From Myxococcota bacterium (GTDB lineage Bacteria; Myxococcota; XYA12-FULL-58-9; JALHOP01), in contig JBGGMJ010000092.1 in assembly GCA_041288095.1 (NCBI GenBank), forward strand, positions 57 through 64,056: 64,000 nt of DNA. Direction: 5' to 3'. This document shows positions 24,415 through 36,128 of this stretch, piece after piece. Every line of letters begins with the position of its first letter. Position 1 is the first letter of the stretch. The position numbers and the translations under genes were made by a program. The notes below the pieces were generated by a model that saw only the letters and a program-made list of their open reading frames with translations, searched no databases and was not told the DNA's origin.

Positions 24415-25902
24415 TCATCCGCCGGTGCCCTTTTCGCCCTCGTCTCGCTTCCGATCGGTCGCGTCCTCATCGGCGGCTTTCTCGATGGCCTTCGCCGACC
24501 AGCCCCCGCCAAGGGCCTGCACCAGGGCGACGGTGCCGGTGAGCTGGTTCTCGAGCACGGTGAGGGCGCTCTGCTCGTTGGTGAGCGCGGTTTGCTGCGC
24601 CGTGATCACCGCCGTGTAGTCGACGGTGCCGGCCTTGTAGCGGTTGGTCTGGATGCGCTCAGCCTCACGCGCCGCGTCGACGGCGCGTTGCTGGAACTGC
24701 GATTGCTCGACGAAGAGGTGCAAGCCGACGAGTTGGTCTTCGACCTGCTGCATCGCGGTGAGCGCGGTCTGGCGATAAGCAGCTACCGTTTGCTCGTATT
24801 GCTCGCGCGCGACCGTGACCTGCCCGGAGCGCCGGCCCCAGTCCCAGACCGTGCCCGCGAGGGTCGGTCCAATCGACCAGAAGAGACTCGCCGTATCGAA
24901 GAGTGACCCGAGCACGGATGACTGGTAACCCAACGACCCCGTGAGCGAGATGGTGGGAAAGTACGCCGCTATAGCGACACCGATCTGAGCATTGGCGGCG
25001 GCCATGCGGCGCTCGGCGGCGGCGACGTCCGGACGGCGCTCGAGCAACACCGACGGCAAGGTGATGGGGACTTCGGGGAGACTGCGCGGCATGTCCGCTA
25101 TGGCGATCGAGATCTCGGACGGCGGCTTGCCCACCAGCACCGCGATGGCGTGCTCGAGACGCGCGCGCTGCACTTTGATGCCGATGGATTGGGCGTGCGC
25201 GCTCTCGAGCTGCGTTTGCGCGAGCGACACGTCCGCTTTGGTGGCGATACCCGCGTCGTACTGATTCTTGGCGATAGTGTACGCGCGTCCATAAGCTTCG
25301 GCTGCGACCTCGAAGAGCCGCCGCTGCTCGTCGCGTGAGCGCAGCTGAAAGTAGGCGGTTGCGAGCTGCGACTGCGCCGAGAGCTTCGCGGAGGCAATGT
25401 CGGCGGCCGACGCTTGGGCTTCCGCCGCGTTGCTCTCGATGGTCCGCCGGATGCGGCCCCAGACGTCGAGCTCCCAGGTGATCCCGGTCGAGGCGTTGTA
25501 GATGGTGCGCGGACCGCCACCCGTGGTGCCGCCACCGACCGTGGCGCCGCCGACGTTGGTGCCTACCGCGCCGCTCGTTCGCCGTACGCCGCCGTTCACA
25601 TTGAGGGCCGGCAAGATGCCGGCTTTCGCGCTCTGCAACACTCCTCGCGCTTCACGATAGGCCGCTTCGGCTTGCTTCAAGTTCTGGTTCGACACCTCGA
25701 CCTGTCGCATGAGCTCGTCGAGCGTCGCATCGGCGAACACCGCCCACCAATCGCCGCGGTCGGCGTCGTCCGCGGGCTCGACGACCTTCCAACCTTCGAT
25801 CTCCTTGTAGCTCGGTGGTTCCGCCGCCTTCGGCTTGTCGTAATCGGGGCCGACCTTGCAGGCCGCGATAGCGAACAGTGAGATGAGCGCGATGCGTTTC
25901 AT
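24415..25902 (-). CDS. RND efflux outer membrane factor lipoprotein (NodT family)
   Basis: Lipobox SLFAIAAC followed by [10 protein letters not shown], and two OEP-like repeats. The ATG overlaps (ATGA) the stop of the upstream permease reading frame. Confidence 0.9.
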   Translation of the reverse strand: MKRIALISLFAIAACKVGPDYDKPKAAEPPSYKEIEGWKVVEPADDADRGDWWAVFADATLDELMRQVEVSNQNLKQAEAAYREARGVLQSAKAGILPALNVNGGVRRTSGAVGTNVGGATVGGGTTGGGPRTIYNASTGITWELDVWGRIRRTIESNAAEAQASAADIASAKLSAQSQLATAYFQLRSRDEQRRLFEVAAEAYGRAYTIAKNQYDAGIATKADVSLAQTQLESAHAQSIGIKVQRARLEHAIAVLVGKPPSEISIAIADMPRSLPEVPITLPSVLLERRPDVAAAERRMAAANAQIGVAIAAYFPTISLTGSLGYQSSVLGSLFDTASLFWSIGPTLAGTVWDWGRRSGQVTVAREQYEQTVAAYRQTALTAMQQVEDQLVGLHLFVEQSQFQQRAVDAAREAERIQTNRYKAGTVDYTAVITAQQTALTNEQSALTVLENQLTGTVALVQALGGGWSAKAIEKAADEDATDRKRDEGEKGTGG

Positions 25903-26042
25903 GCAGTCCTCGCGACGCGCTTCTCAGCGCGCTTGAGTCGCCATTTGTCGAGAGCCAGATAGACGATTGGCGTGGTGTAGAGCGTCAGCGCTTGGCTGAA
26001 GATCAAGCCGCCGACGATGGCGACGCCCAGTGGTTGTCGCAG
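25899..26042 (-). pseudogene. Detached C-terminal 47 codons of the MdtC-like permease, downstream of an in-frame TAG
   Basis: In the same frame directly after TAG (26045-26043) the sequence reads [47 protein letters not shown]. This is the conserved RND C-terminus (compare the paralogue ..[36 protein letters not shown]..). Confidence 0.65.
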
Positions 26043-29000
26043 CTAGGCGCCGTCACCACTGCGCAGGGCCAGCGGCAGCGCTCCCAGCAAGGCCGCGAGC
26101 GTCGTCATCATGATCGGCCGAAAACGCAGCAGGCAGGCTTCGCGGATCGCATCGTGCGGCGACAGCCCGCGATTGCGCTCGGCGTCGAGCGCGAAGTCCA
26201 CCATCATGATGGCGTTCTTCTTGACGATGCCGATGAGCAAGATGATGCCGATGAGCGCCATCAGGTTGAGATCCATACCGACCATGAGCAACGCGATGAG
26301 GGCGCCGACTCCCGCCGAGGGCAGCGTCGACAAGATGGTAATCGGGTGCACGTAGCTCTCGTAGAGCACGCCCAAGACGATGTAGACCGCGAGCAGGGCG
26401 CACAGAATGAGGATGGGCTGGTTCGAGAGAGAGTCGGCGAACGCTTTCGCGGACCCCAAGAATCCACCTTGGATGGTCGACGGTACGCTGATCTCCGCCA
26501 TCTTGGCGCGAATACGGGTGAGCGCGTCGCCGAGCGACGTGCCTGGCAGCAAGTTGAACGAGATGCTGGTGGCGACGAACAACCCTTGGTGATTGACCGA
26601 CAACGGCGTGTTGCTGAAGGTGCGCTCGGCAATCGCGGACAGCGGGATCATCGTGGCGCTGCTCGTGCTCACCGCCGACCCGGTCGACGCCGAGTTGCGG
26701 CTCACGCTCGCGACCTGGTTGGTGGCGCGGTTGCGCGCCGACTCGTCGATGGTCGCCGAGGTGTTCGTCGACACGAAGGTACCGGGCAGCGCATTGGTGC
26801 CGACCGAGCCACGGACCGCGCCGCCGCTGCTCGCGATGTAGATCTCGTCGAGCGCCTGCGGCGTGTCGCGGTACTTCTGCGCCACCTCCATCACCACGTG
26901 GTACTGATTGAGGGTGTTGTAGATCGTCGACACCTGGCGCTGGCCGAAAGCGTCGTAGAGGTTGTTGTCGACCTGCTGCACGGTGAGCCCGTAGCGTGAC
27001 GCGGTATCGCGGTCGATGTTGAGGCGCAGCTCGAGACCGCGGTCTTGGTTGTCGGACTCGACGTCGGCGAGCCCATCGATCGTGCGCAGGGCGCGCACGA
27101 TCTGTGGTGTCCACTCGCGGAGCTCCGCGAGGTTGTCGCCTTGCAAGGTGAATTGATAGAGGCCCGTGCCCGGGCGGCCGCCCATGCGGAACTCTTGCGC
27201 CGGTTGCAGAAAGAGCTGTGCACCCGCGACGTTCGCGAGCTTGCCGCGCAAACGACCGATGACCTGGTCGGCGGACATCTTGCGCTCCGCGAGCGGTCTC
27301 AGATTGGCGAACGTGAAGCCGCCGCCCGTGCCTTGCGCGAAGCCGACGACGCCGTCGATGGCGGGATCCTCCATCATGATACGTTGGGCTTCCGCGAACT
27401 TCTCGCGCAGCGCTTGGAACGAGATGCTCTGATCGGTGCGCAAATTGCCGAGGATGCGCCCGGTGTCCTGCTGGGGAAAAAATCCCTTGGGGATGACTCC
27501 ATAGAGGTAGACGTTGATCGCCACCGTCGCGACCAACGAGAGGCCGACGAGCTTCGGATGCGTCAACGCCCAGCCGAGAGTGCGCTGATAGAAGCGCGCC
27601 ATCGGTCCGAAGATGCGCTCGCCGATGCGGAAGGGAACACTGCTGTCTCCGCCATGGCGAAGCACGTAGGCGCACATCATCGGTGTCGTCGATAGCGACA
27701 CCACGAGCGACACCAGCACCGCGACCGACAAGACCACCGCGAACTCACGGAACAGTCGCCCGATGATGCCGCCCATCATGAGGATCGGCGTGAACACCGC
27801 GATGAGCGAGATGCTCATCGACATGACCGTGAAGCCGACCTCGGAGGCGCCCTGCAGCGCCGCTTGCATGCGCGACATGCCGGCTTCCATGTGGCGCGAG
27901 ACGTTCTCGAGTACCACCACCGCGTCATCGACGACGAACCCGGTGGCGACGGTGAGGGCCATGAGCGAGAGGTTGTTCAGACTGTAGTCGCACAGGTACA
28001 TGACGCCGAAGGTAGCGACGAGCGACACCGGCACGACGACGGCGGGGATGAGCGCCGAGCGCGGGTCTCGCAAGAACAACAGCACCACGCCAATCACCAG
28101 GATTACCGCGATGACGAGCGTGATCTCGACTTCGTGCAGCGAAGCGCGAATCGTCGCCGTGCGGTCGCTGACCGCCAGTAGCGTCATGTCGCTGGGAATG
28201 GCGGCTTGCAGCTCGGGCACGAGCGCACGCACGCGATCGACGGTCCCGATGATGTTGGCGCCGGGCTGGCGCGAGATGACGATGACGACGGCGCGTTGGC
28301 CGTTGTAGAGGCCGATGTTGCGCGTGTCTTCGACCGAATCGATGACCTCGGCGACGTCCGCGAGCGCGACCGCCGCGCCGTTGCGATACGCGATGACGAC
28401 GTCGTGGTAGTCCGCCGCCGTGCGTGCCTGATCATTCAGATAGATTTGATAGCTCTTGCCGTCGGCCTCGATCGCACCCTTAGGGGTGTTCGCGTTGGCG
28501 GACGAGAGAGCCGCGCGCACGTCTTCGAGTCCGATGCCGTACTTGAAGAGCGCGGTTGGGTTGAGCTCGACGCGCACCGCCGGCAGCGAGCTACCGCCGA
28601 CGCGGACGTCGCCCACGCCTTCGACCTGCGACAACTTCTGGCCGATGATGGTCGAGCCGGCGTCGTAGAGCTGACCTTGGCTGCGCGTCTGCGAGGTCAG
28701 CGCCAGCACCAGGATGGGTGCATCGGCGGGGTTCACCTTGCGGTACGTCGGATTGCTGCGCAGGGCCGCGGGTAGATCGGCGCGAGCCGCGTTGATGGCC
28801 GCTTGCACGTCGCGCGCGGCGCCGTCGATGGAGCGCGACAAGCCGAATTGGAGCGTGATGTTGGTCGAGCCGACGGTGCTGGACGAGGTCATCTCGGTGA
28901 CGTCGGCGATGCGGCCCAGGTAGCGCTCGAGCGGAGTCGCGACGCTCGCCGACACCGTCTCGGGGCTGGCGCCGGGGAGCTGCGCCCAGACGTTGATGGT

Positions 29001-29129
29001 CGGAAAATCCACCTGCGGCAGCGGCGATACCGGCAGCAGGAAGAACGCGACGATGCCGGCGAGCAGCAGACCGATGGTGAGCAGCGTCGTCGCCACGGGG
29101 CGCTTGATGAAGAGCGCCGACGGGTTCAC
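26043..29129 (-). CDS. RND multidrug efflux permease (MdtC/AcrB family), truncated by an in-frame amber codon
   Basis: 1028-aa, 12-TM RND permease ([25 protein letters not shown]..). The start overlaps the upstream permease stop. The reading frame continues past the TAG to 25899. Confidence 0.9.
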   Translation of the reverse strand: MNPSALFIKRPVATTLLTIGLLLAGIVAFFLLPVSPLPQVDFPTINVWAQLPGASPETVSASVATPLERYLGRIADVTEMTSSSTVGSTNITLQFGLSRSIDGAARDVQAAINAARADLPAALRSNPTYRKVNPADAPILVLALTSQTRSQGQLYDAGSTIIGQKLSQVEGVGDVRVGGSSLPAVRVELNPTALFKYGIGLEDVRAALSSANANTPKGAIEADGKSYQIYLNDQARTAADYHDVVIAYRNGAAVALADVAEVIDSVEDTRNIGLYNGQRAVVIVISRQPGANIIGTVDRVRALVPELQAAIPSDMTLLAVSDRTATIRASLHEVEITLVIAVILVIGVVLLFLRDPRSALIPAVVVPVSLVATFGVMYLCDYSLNNLSLMALTVATGFVVDDAVVVLENVSRHMEAGMSRMQAALQGASEVGFTVMSMSISLIAVFTPILMMGGIIGRLFREFAVVLSVAVLVSLVVSLSTTPMMCAYVLRHGGDSSVPFRIGERIFGPMARFYQRTLGWALTHPKLVGLSLVATVAINVYLYGVIPKGFFPQQDTGRILGNLRTDQSISFQALREKFAEAQRIMMEDPAIDGVVGFAQGTGGGFTFANLRPLAERKMSADQVIGRLRGKLANVAGAQLFLQPAQEFRMGGRPGTGLYQFTLQGDNLAELREWTPQIVRALRTIDGLADVESDNQDRGLELRLNIDRDTASRYGLTVQQVDNNLYDAFGQRQVSTIYNTLNQYHVVMEVAQKYRDTPQALDEIYIASSGGAVRGSVGTNALPGTFVSTNTSATIDESARNRATNQVASVSRNSASTGSAVSTSSATMIPLSAIAERTFSNTPLSVNHQGLFVATSISFNLLPGTSLGDALTRIRAKMAEISVPSTIQGGFLGSAKAFADSLSNQPILILCALLAVYIVLGVLYESYVHPITILSTLPSAGVGALIALLMVGMDLNLMALIGIILLIGIVKKNAIMMVDFALDAERNRGLSPHDAIREACLLRFRPIMMTTLAALLGALPLALRSGDGA

Positions 29130-32100
29130 GCGGGCTCTCCCAGTTGGGTGTCCGTCGCGGCGGGCGACGACTTCCAGCGACGCGCCAAGCGATCGAAGTA
29201 CAGATAGATCACCGGCGTCGTGAACAGCGTGAGCACCTGTGACACCAAGAGCCCACCGACGATGGTGAGGCCGAGTGGATTGCGGAGCTCACTGCCCATG
29301 CCCTGACCGAGCATGAGCGGGAGGGCGCCGAAGAGCGCCGCGAAGGTGGTCATCATGATCGGACGGAAGCGCAACAGCGCCGCCTCGCGAATGGCCTCGT
29401 GCGGCGACCTGCCGTGCTCGCGCTCCGCTTCCAGCGCGAAGTCGATCATCATGATCGCGTTCTTCTTGACGATGCCGATGAGCAGCACGATGCCGATGAT
29501 GGCGATGACGCCGAGGTCCTTGCCGGCGAGCAAGAGCGCGAGCAACGCGCCGATGCCCGCGGACGGCAGCGTCGACAAGATGGTCACCGGATGGATGAAG
29601 CTTTCGTAGAGGACGCCGAGGATGATGTACATGGTGACGATCGCCGCGATCACCAAGATGAGCTCGTTCGCCAAAGCGGCCTGAAAGGCGAGCGCCGCGC
29701 CTTGGAACCGCGACACCACGCTCGCGGGCAGGCCGATCTCCGCCTCGACCTTGCGAATGGCATCGACGGCGGCGCCGAGCGAGACACCGGGCGCCAGGTT
29801 GAACGAGATGGTGGCCGCCGGGAACTGCGCGAGATGCGAGATTTGCAGCGCCACCGGGCGTTCTTCGACGCTCGCGATAGCGGACAACGGCACCTGACCC
29901 CCGGTCGCGGCGGGCAAATACAAGTTGTCGAGCGCGTTGACGGAGCGTTGAAACTCGGGAGCCGCTTCGAGAATGACGCGGTACTGGTTCGACTGCGAAT
30001 AGATGGTGCTGACGATGCGCTGGCCGAACGAGTCGTAGAGCGCGTTGCCGACGGTGGCTGGGCTTATGCCGAAGCGCGACGCGGTCGGGCGGTCGATTGT
30101 GATGTAGAGCGAACGGCCGCCGTTGGAGAGGTCACTCGCGACGTCGGCGAGCTGCGGCAGGTCGCGGAGCTTCTCGACGAGCCTTGGCGTCCAGACGTTG
30201 AGCTCGGTGAGCGACGCGTCTTGCAACGTGAGCTGGTACTGCGTGCGCGAGATGCGCGAATCGATCGTCAGATCCTGCACGGGTTGCAGATAGAGCGAGA
30301 TGCCAGGGATATCGCGGGCCCGGTCGGTGATGCGACGAACGATCTCCGCGGCCGTGGCGTCACGCTTACCGTGCTCCTTGAGCGAGATCTGCACGCGGCC
30401 CGTGTTGATGGTGGCATTGGTTCCGTCGATGCCCACGAAGGACGATAGGTTCTCGACGTCGGGATCCTCGAGAATGACGTCCGCCAAAGCGTGCTGGCGC
30501 TCGGCCATGGCGGCGAAGCCGATGGACTCGTCGGCTTCGGTGACGCCCTGAATGAGCCCAGTGTCCTGGACCGGGAAGAAGCCCTTGGGCACGACGAGAC
30601 AGAGCAGGGCCGTAAGCGCCACCGTCCCGACCGCGACGAGCAGGGTCATCCGTTGGCGCTCGAGCACCCAGTCGAGGGCCACCGCGTACTGCTCGACGAC
30701 CCAATCGAACCAGATCTGGATGCGCTTCTTCTTGGCGCCGTGACCATGGCTCTTCAAGAGCCGCGCGCACAGCATCGGCACCAGCGACAACGACACCACG
30801 GCCGAGATGAGAATGGTGACCGCGAGCGTGATCGCGAACTCGCGAAACAAGCGGCCGACGACGTCACCCATGAAGAGGAGAGGGATGAGCACGGCGATGA
30901 GCGACACCGTGAGCGAGATGATGGTGAAGCCGATCTGGCCGGCGCCCTTGAGCGCGGCTTCGAGCGGTGACTCGCCCTCCTCGAGGTAGCGGGCGATGTT
31001 CTCGATCATGACGATGGCGTCGTCGACCACGAAGCCGGTGGCGATGGTGAGCGCCATCAGCGATAGGTTATTGAGGCTGAAGCCGCAGGCGTACATCACA
31101 GCGAAGGTCCCGACGATCGACAGCGGCACCGACAAGCTCGGGATCAAGGTGGCGCGCAGGTCACCCAGGAACAGGTAGATGACCAAGACCACGAGCGCGA
31201 TCGACACGAGCAGCTCGAGTTGCACATCGTCGACCGAGGCGCGGATGGTCGTCGTACGGTCGGTGAGCACGTCGATGTCGATGCCCGCGGGCAGGTTGCT
31301 CCGCAATTGCGGCAGCAGCTCCTTGATGGCGTCGACCGTTTGGATGACGTTCGCGCCCGGCTGACGCTGAATGTTGAGAACGATGCCCGGCGTCTTGTCG
31401 ACCCAGGCAATCAGCTTCACGTTCTCGGCGTCTTGGGCGATCTCCGCCACGTCGGAGAGGCGGACGGGCGCGCCGTTGCGGTAGGCGATGACCAGGTCGC
31501 CGTAGGCCGCGGCGTTGGGCAGCTGATCGTTGGCGTTGATGGTGTAAGAGCGCAGCGGACCGTCGAGCGTGCCCTTCGGCGAGTTGACGTTGGCGTTGGC
31601 GATGGTGGTCCGCAGGTCGTCGATGGCGAGCCCGTAGCCGGCGAGGGCTCTGACGTTGGCGCGGATGCGCACGGCGGGGCGCTGCCCTCCGCCCATGCGG
31701 ACGATGCCGACGCCGGGGAGCTGTGAGATCTTCTGAGCGAGCCGGGTCTCGACGATGTCCTGCACCTGGGGGAGCGGCAGTGTCTTCGAGGTGGCGACCA
31801 AGGAGAGGATGGGCGCGTCGGCGGGATTCACCTTGGCGTAGACCGGCGGCGCCGGCAGATCGCTCGGCAACAGGTTACCCGCGGCGTTGATGGCCGCCTG
31901 CACCTCTTGCTCGGCGACGTCGAGCGCCATGTCCAGATTGAACTGCAGCGTGAGCACCGAGGCGCCCGCCGAGCTCGTGCTCGCCATCTGCGTCAAGCCG
32001 GGGATCTGGCCGAATGTACGCTCGAGCGGAGCGGTCACCGACGAGGTCATGACCTCCGCGGAAGCACCGGGATAGAAGGTGCTGATCTGGATGGTGGGAT

Positions 32101-32224
32101 AGTCGACCTGCGGTAGCGCCGAGATGGGGAGCTGGCGGTACGCGACGATGCCCACCAGCATGATCGCGACCATGAAGAGCGTCGTCGCGACCGGCCGGAG
32201 GATGAATGGCCGGGAGGGGATCAT
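29126..32224 (-). CDS. RND multidrug efflux permease (MdtB/AcrB family)
   Basis: 1032-aa RND permease ([25 protein letters not shown]..). It has the conserved C-terminal ..[36 protein letters not shown]. Confidence 0.92.
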   Translation of the reverse strand: MIPSRPFILRPVATTLFMVAIMLVGIVAYRQLPISALPQVDYPTIQISTFYPGASAEVMTSSVTAPLERTFGQIPGLTQMASTSSAGASVLTLQFNLDMALDVAEQEVQAAINAAGNLLPSDLPAPPVYAKVNPADAPILSLVATSKTLPLPQVQDIVETRLAQKISQLPGVGIVRMGGGQRPAVRIRANVRALAGYGLAIDDLRTTIANANVNSPKGTLDGPLRSYTINANDQLPNAAAYGDLVIAYRNGAPVRLSDVAEIAQDAENVKLIAWVDKTPGIVLNIQRQPGANVIQTVDAIKELLPQLRSNLPAGIDIDVLTDRTTTIRASVDDVQLELLVSIALVVLVIYLFLGDLRATLIPSLSVPLSIVGTFAVMYACGFSLNNLSLMALTIATGFVVDDAIVMIENIARYLEEGESPLEAALKGAGQIGFTIISLTVSLIAVLIPLLFMGDVVGRLFREFAITLAVTILISAVVSLSLVPMLCARLLKSHGHGAKKKRIQIWFDWVVEQYAVALDWVLERQRMTLLVAVGTVALTALLCLVVPKGFFPVQDTGLIQGVTEADESIGFAAMAERQHALADVILEDPDVENLSSFVGIDGTNATINTGRVQISLKEHGKRDATAAEIVRRITDRARDIPGISLYLQPVQDLTIDSRISRTQYQLTLQDASLTELNVWTPRLVEKLRDLPQLADVASDLSNGGRSLYITIDRPTASRFGISPATVGNALYDSFGQRIVSTIYSQSNQYRVILEAAPEFQRSVNALDNLYLPAATGGQVPLSAIASVEERPVALQISHLAQFPAATISFNLAPGVSLGAAVDAIRKVEAEIGLPASVVSRFQGAALAFQAALANELILVIAAIVTMYIILGVLYESFIHPVTILSTLPSAGIGALLALLLAGKDLGVIAIIGIVLLIGIVKKNAIMMIDFALEAEREHGRSPHEAIREAALLRFRPIMMTTFAALFGALPLMLGQGMGSELRNPLGLTIVGGLLVSQVLTLFTTPVIYLYFDRLARRWKSSPAATDTQLGEPA

Positions 32225-33504
32225 TGGACCGGGCTTATGGCCTTCGGTGAGCGACGATCAGCGGTCGCGTTCCGGTCATCGGCGTTCGGCTCTCGGCCGT
32301 CGGCGCTCGGCGTTCGGCCATCGATCTTCGGCGCTTCCGATTTCGGCGCGTCCGATGTCATCACCTTGGCCCCGTCACGCAGACGATCGGTCCCCTCGAC
32401 GGCGACCTGCTCGCCACCGTCGAGACCCTGCAAAACGGCGATGCGGCCTTCGAACGCCGGTCCGAGCTTCACCGGCCGCGTCTTCGCCGTATCGCCTTCG
32501 ATGACGTACACGAACGTGCCGTCGGCGCCCCGCTGCACTCCCGCGGTCGGCATGATGACGGCGTTGCTCAGGGTGTCGACCACGATGCGGACGTTCACGA
32601 ACTGGTTCGGTGTGAGCGTCTCGTCGGCGTTCTCGAACATGGCGCGCATCTTCACGGTGCCGGTGGTGGTGTCGATCACGTTGTCGATCGTGGAGAGGGT
32701 GCCCTCTGCGAGCGCGACGTCTCCGCTCCGATCGTAGACGGTCACTTTGAGCTGGGCGCCCGAGCGGAACCGCTTGGAGACCGCCGCGAGCTCGCCTTCG
32801 GGGACCGGGAAGACGACGGAGATCGGATGCAGCTGCGTGATGACGACGATGCCGGCGGCATCACCGGCCGCGACGTAGTTGCCGACGTCGACCTTGCGCA
32901 AACCGACACGACCATCGACCGGCGCCGTGATGCGGGCGAACGACACGTTCACCCGCGCCGCGGCGATCTGACCCTGGTCTGACTTGAGCGTCGCCTGCGC
33001 CTGGCGGACCGTCGCGCGCTGGGTGTCGAGCTGCTGCCGCGAGACCGAGTCTTCTTCGATGAGCTTCTCGTAGCGGCTGAGATCCATCTCGGCGTTTTTG
33101 AGCGCTGCTTCATCGCGAGCGAGCGCACCCTCTGCTTGGTCGAGAGCGGCCTGATATGCCCGCGGATCGATCTGCGCGAGCAGGTCGCCCTTCTTGACGT
33201 CCTGGCCTTCGCGGAAGCCGATCTGGGTGATCTGACCGGCCACCTGACTGCGGACGGTGACGGTAGCGAGCGAGGTCACGGTGCCCAGCGCGTCGAGCAT
33301 GATGGGCAGGTCACCCCGTTCGGCGATCGCCGTGCGTACGGGAGTGGGACCTTGGGGCGGCTTCTTGCCGCGCCCTTCGGCTGCGGACTGGATGCGGCGG
33401 ACGATGAGGACGACCGCGAGGACGGCCACGAGGACCGGTATGGCAATGCGTAGATACTTCTTCATCAACGCGCCAATAGGCAGGTTTTGGCGCAGTTGAA
33501 CCAT
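32221..33504 (-). CDS. RND efflux periplasmic adaptor (membrane fusion protein, MdtA family)
   Basis: N-terminal TM anchor, then biotinyl-lipoyl/hairpin/beta-barrel MFP pattern (..[45 protein letters not shown]..). An alternative start is ATG 33465 (MKKYL). Confidence 0.9.
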   Translation of the reverse strand: MVQLRQNLPIGALMKKYLRIAIPVLVAVLAVVLIVRRIQSAAEGRGKKPPQGPTPVRTAIAERGDLPIMLDALGTVTSLATVTVRSQVAGQITQIGFREGQDVKKGDLLAQIDPRAYQAALDQAEGALARDEAALKNAEMDLSRYEKLIEEDSVSRQQLDTQRATVRQAQATLKSDQGQIAAARVNVSFARITAPVDGRVGLRKVDVGNYVAAGDAAGIVVITQLHPISVVFPVPEGELAAVSKRFRSGAQLKVTVYDRSGDVALAEGTLSTIDNVIDTTTGTVKMRAMFENADETLTPNQFVNVRIVVDTLSNAVIMPTAGVQRGADGTFVYVIEGDTAKTRPVKLGPAFEGRIAVLQGLDGGEQVAVEGTDRLRDGAKVMTSDAPKSEAPKIDGRTPSADGREPNADDRNATADRRSPKAISPVQ

Positions 33505-33607
33505 GGTTCTGGGGGTCTCGGATTACAAGGGGGAACAGCGTTAATAACAATGAAGCCAAGGGTTTCGCGCGTCTGCGACATCGCGGCGCACAGATGGCAT
33601 TGCCCTC

Positions 33608-35098
33608 GTGGCATCGGAAAATAGGCGGACCGTGGCGCGCGCGATCCCGATAACCGGGCTCCACCAGAGGTTTATCGTGATCAAGCGCATCGAACCCATC
33701 GCTGCTGTCCAACCAGTCCAGGCCGCGGGCGCGACCCCGACCTACAGCACCGCCACCAATCCGCCGAGCATCCGCTTCAACATCCACCCGCATACGCTGA
33801 CGCTCACCGGCGAACAGATCGAGGCCGCCGCCGCCAAGCCCGCCGGTACCGTGACCGTCTTCGCGGTCGGCGGGAATCACCCGCACAACCTGAACCTCAC
33901 CACCGAGGAAGCGCAGGCGCTCGTGCGTGACGGCAAGGTGCAGTCGAAGGCTGACGGCGGCCACACGCACATCGTCAATTTCCAACGACAGGCGAGCGGC
34001 GATGTCACCGCCCTGATCGAGCCGGCGGCACCCGCGGCTCCCGGTTCACTTCGTCGCGCGATCGCTTCGCAGGCGACGTCCGGCTTCCCCCAGGGCGGCA
34101 TCACCATCAAGGACCCGCTGCACTACTTCGTGCGCTCGTCGGTCGATGGCCAGTACATGGGCCGCGGCTTCAAGGCCGGAGAACAGCGCGCGATGGTGGT
34201 CACGGACACCGCCACGGGCTCGACCTTCACTTTCGACTTCGGCGCCTACGACCCGTCGTTCGCCAAGACGTTCCTGTACTTCCAGGGCTTCGACGAGAAC
34301 AAAAAGGAGATGTGCTTCGTCGTGCCGATGAGCTTTTTCAAGGAGCAGGCGGCGTCGCTCTTGCCGACCGCTAACGCGGTCACGGGCCCGGTGCACAAGA
34401 CCTTCACGCTCGAGTGGTTCGCAAAGCACGCGCCCAACAAGCTCACGCGCATCCCGGGGGTCTTGGTCTATCAGGACCTGCCGCTCCATGGCCGCTTCGC
34501 CGTGCAGTGCACGGGTCAGGTTTGGGATGAGGCAGTGAAGCCGCCGACCGACCTCGAATACATTCCGAAGGCGGGGAGCTTCGCCGACACCGACGAGATC
34601 TGGCTGACGCCGCTTTACACGCCGACGACGCCCATCAAGATCCCGTCACCGCTGGTCGGCAACGTGCAGCTCAATGACCAAGGCGACCGGGTGGTCGCGC
34701 AGCGCATCGTCGGCTCGGGCGCCGAGGCCAAGTGCGAGTTCGTGGTCTACGAAGTTCGCGGCGAAGTAGCGCCCGGCGGTACTCCGAGCTTGCACGAGGT
34801 CTACAAGCTCGCCGCCCAAGCGGACAAGGCCGACATGCTCGGCCACAACCTCCTCACCTTCGAGCGCCGCGCTGGCGCCGAGCGCTCCGAGGTCGTGCTG
34901 CACGACATCCGCAAGGGCAAGGACATCATCCTCGCGTCCGCGAAACCGGACTGCGTCTACAAGTTCCCGCACTTCGTGGCCGAGCCCAACGGCGGCGGCA
35001 TCGAAGTCCGCTTCGTCGAGCAGCAATGGACGAAGGACGCCGCGGGCAACTACACGGGTGCGACGAACGTCTTCAAGAGCGTCCGCATCGTCAACTGA
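33608..35098 (+). CDS. Hypothetical protein with N-terminal His-x-His motifs
   Basis: Long ORF on the opposite strand between the RND operon and the sigma gene. Motifs are IHPHTLTLTGEQIEAA, GNHPHNLNLTTEEAQAL and GGHTHIVNF. The real start may be GTG 33677 (VIKRIEP). No signal peptide and no family were recognised. Confidence 0.55.
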   Translation: MASENRRTVARAIPITGLHQRFIVIKRIEPIAAVQPVQAAGATPTYSTATNPPSIRFNIHPHTLTLTGEQIEAAAAKPAGTVTVFAVGGNHPHNLNLTTEEAQALVRDGKVQSKADGGHTHIVNFQRQASGDVTALIEPAAPAAPGSLRRAIASQATSGFPQGGITIKDPLHYFVRSSVDGQYMGRGFKAGEQRAMVVTDTATGSTFTFDFGAYDPSFAKTFLYFQGFDENKKEMCFVVPMSFFKEQAASLLPTANAVTGPVHKTFTLEWFAKHAPNKLTRIPGVLVYQDLPLHGRFAVQCTGQVWDEAVKPPTDLEYIPKAGSFADTDEIWLTPLYTPTTPIKIPSPLVGNVQLNDQGDRVVAQRIVGSGAEAKCEFVVYEVRGEVAPGGTPSLHEVYKLAAQADKADMLGHNLLTFERRAGAERSEVVLHDIRKGKDIILASAKPDCVYKFPHFVAEPNGGGIEVRFVEQQWTKDAAGNYTGATNVFKSVRIVN

Positions 35099-35131
35099 CG
35101 TTTCGGAGTCCGGCAGCGCGCTCCGCGCTGC

Positions 35132-36016
35132 CTATGATCCGAGCGAGTCTTCGAGCAGCCTATGCAGCTTGTCGATGACGCGGGCGTGCAGTCGACTCGT
35201 CCATGACTTCGACAAGCCGAGCTTCTCGCCGACTTCCTGCAGCGACATCTCTTTGTAGTAGTACATCTCGAGGAGCTGACGTTCCTGCTCCGAGAGCTTC
35301 TTGATGGTCTCGCGAACGAGGGACCGCGCTTGCTCGAGGCCGAGATTTTCCTCGGCGCCGGGCGAACCGTCGTCCTTGATCTGCAGACCTTCGGTGCCGT
35401 CGATCGTCGTGATGTAGACCGCCGCGAGGCCTTGAACCGCCGACGCGAGGTCTTGGACGGCGTGCTCGAAGGGGTTCGCCGGTGCTTCGGTGCCCGACTC
35501 TTGCGCCGCCGCGACCTGCGACAAGTACTCGTTGGCGCGCTCTTCGAAGCGGGCGCGCGCGTACTCGCTGCGGCTCATCCAGCCCATGCCGCGGAGGCCG
35601 TCGTAGATGGCGCCGCGGATGCGGTAGTACGCGAACGTCATGAAGTTCGCGCCGAACTGCGGGTCGTAGCGGTCGGCCGCTTCGAGCAGACCGATCATGC
35701 CGTATTCGACGAGATCCTCGAAGTCGATCTCCTTGGCGACCGTCTTCTTGATCTTGCCCGCGATGGAGCGGACGTACGGCATGTACTTTTCGATCAGGAC
35801 CTGACGAGGCAGGGCCTTGGGATCGTCGCTCGGCGACGCTCCGCCCTTCTCGATGGTTTTGTCGGCAGCCTTGTCCGCGACCTTACCGCTGGTTGCCTCG
35901 GTGCCGGCGCGCATGGTCTCGCTCGCGTCACCCTTGGTGGCTGCCGCTCCGGCCGCCGCAGCGGACGCGGGAACTTTGCCGGCTGGCTTCTTTGCTTTCG
36001 CCCCAGACTCGCTCAT
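35132..36016 (-). CDS. fliA: FliA/WhiG-type (sigma-28-like) RNA polymerase sigma factor with A/K-rich N-terminal extension
   Basis: Region 2: ..LVEYGMIGLLEAADRYDPQFGANFMTFAYYRIRGAIYDGLRGMGWMSRS (compare E. coli FliA ..AVQRIRGAMLDELRSRDWVPRS). Region 4: ..LLEMYYYKEMSLQEVGEKLGLSKSWTSRLHARVIDKLH (compare ..[35 protein letters not shown]). Confidence 0.8.
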   Translation of the reverse strand: MSESGAKAKKPAGKVPASAAAAGAAATKGDASETMRAGTEATSGKVADKAADKTIEKGGASPSDDPKALPRQVLIEKYMPYVRSIAGKIKKTVAKEIDFEDLVEYGMIGLLEAADRYDPQFGANFMTFAYYRIRGAIYDGLRGMGWMSRSEYARARFEERANEYLSQVAAAQESGTEAPANPFEHAVQDLASAVQGLAAVYITTIDGTEGLQIKDDGSPGAEENLGLEQARSLVRETIKKLSEQERQLLEMYYYKEMSLQEVGEKLGLSKSWTSRLHARVIDKLHRLLEDSLGS

Positions 36017-36128
36017 TCGAACTCAGGCTCCCAGGACAGGCTTATGGCTCGTGGGACATTACACCCCACACGCCTGCAAGGCGAGCGCCGTCGACGCTCT
36101 CCTTGTGACACGGGTACGTTTGACCGCT

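Noticed and set aside
26053-27675. 540-aa alternative-frame ORF inside the MdtC-like permease, plus many plus-strand ORFs across 26-33 kb
   Set aside because: The RND permease and MFP frames carry unambiguous family sequence. The alternatives are R/P/G-rich shadow frames.
24415-33504. RND operon as a mobile-element insertion
   Set aside because: No transposase or integrase genes, inverted repeats or target duplications were seen at the borders. It is therefore reported only as a synteny observation.
33627-33653. CCGATAA on the plus strand 24 nt upstream of the possible GTG start of the 496-aa gene, considered as a third sigma-28-like promoter
   Set aside because: The 6-mer 15 nt upstream is GGACCG, not ACAACC. 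The distance to the start differs from the two matched promoters. A lone CGATAA is expected by chance a few times in a window this size (rough estimate only).
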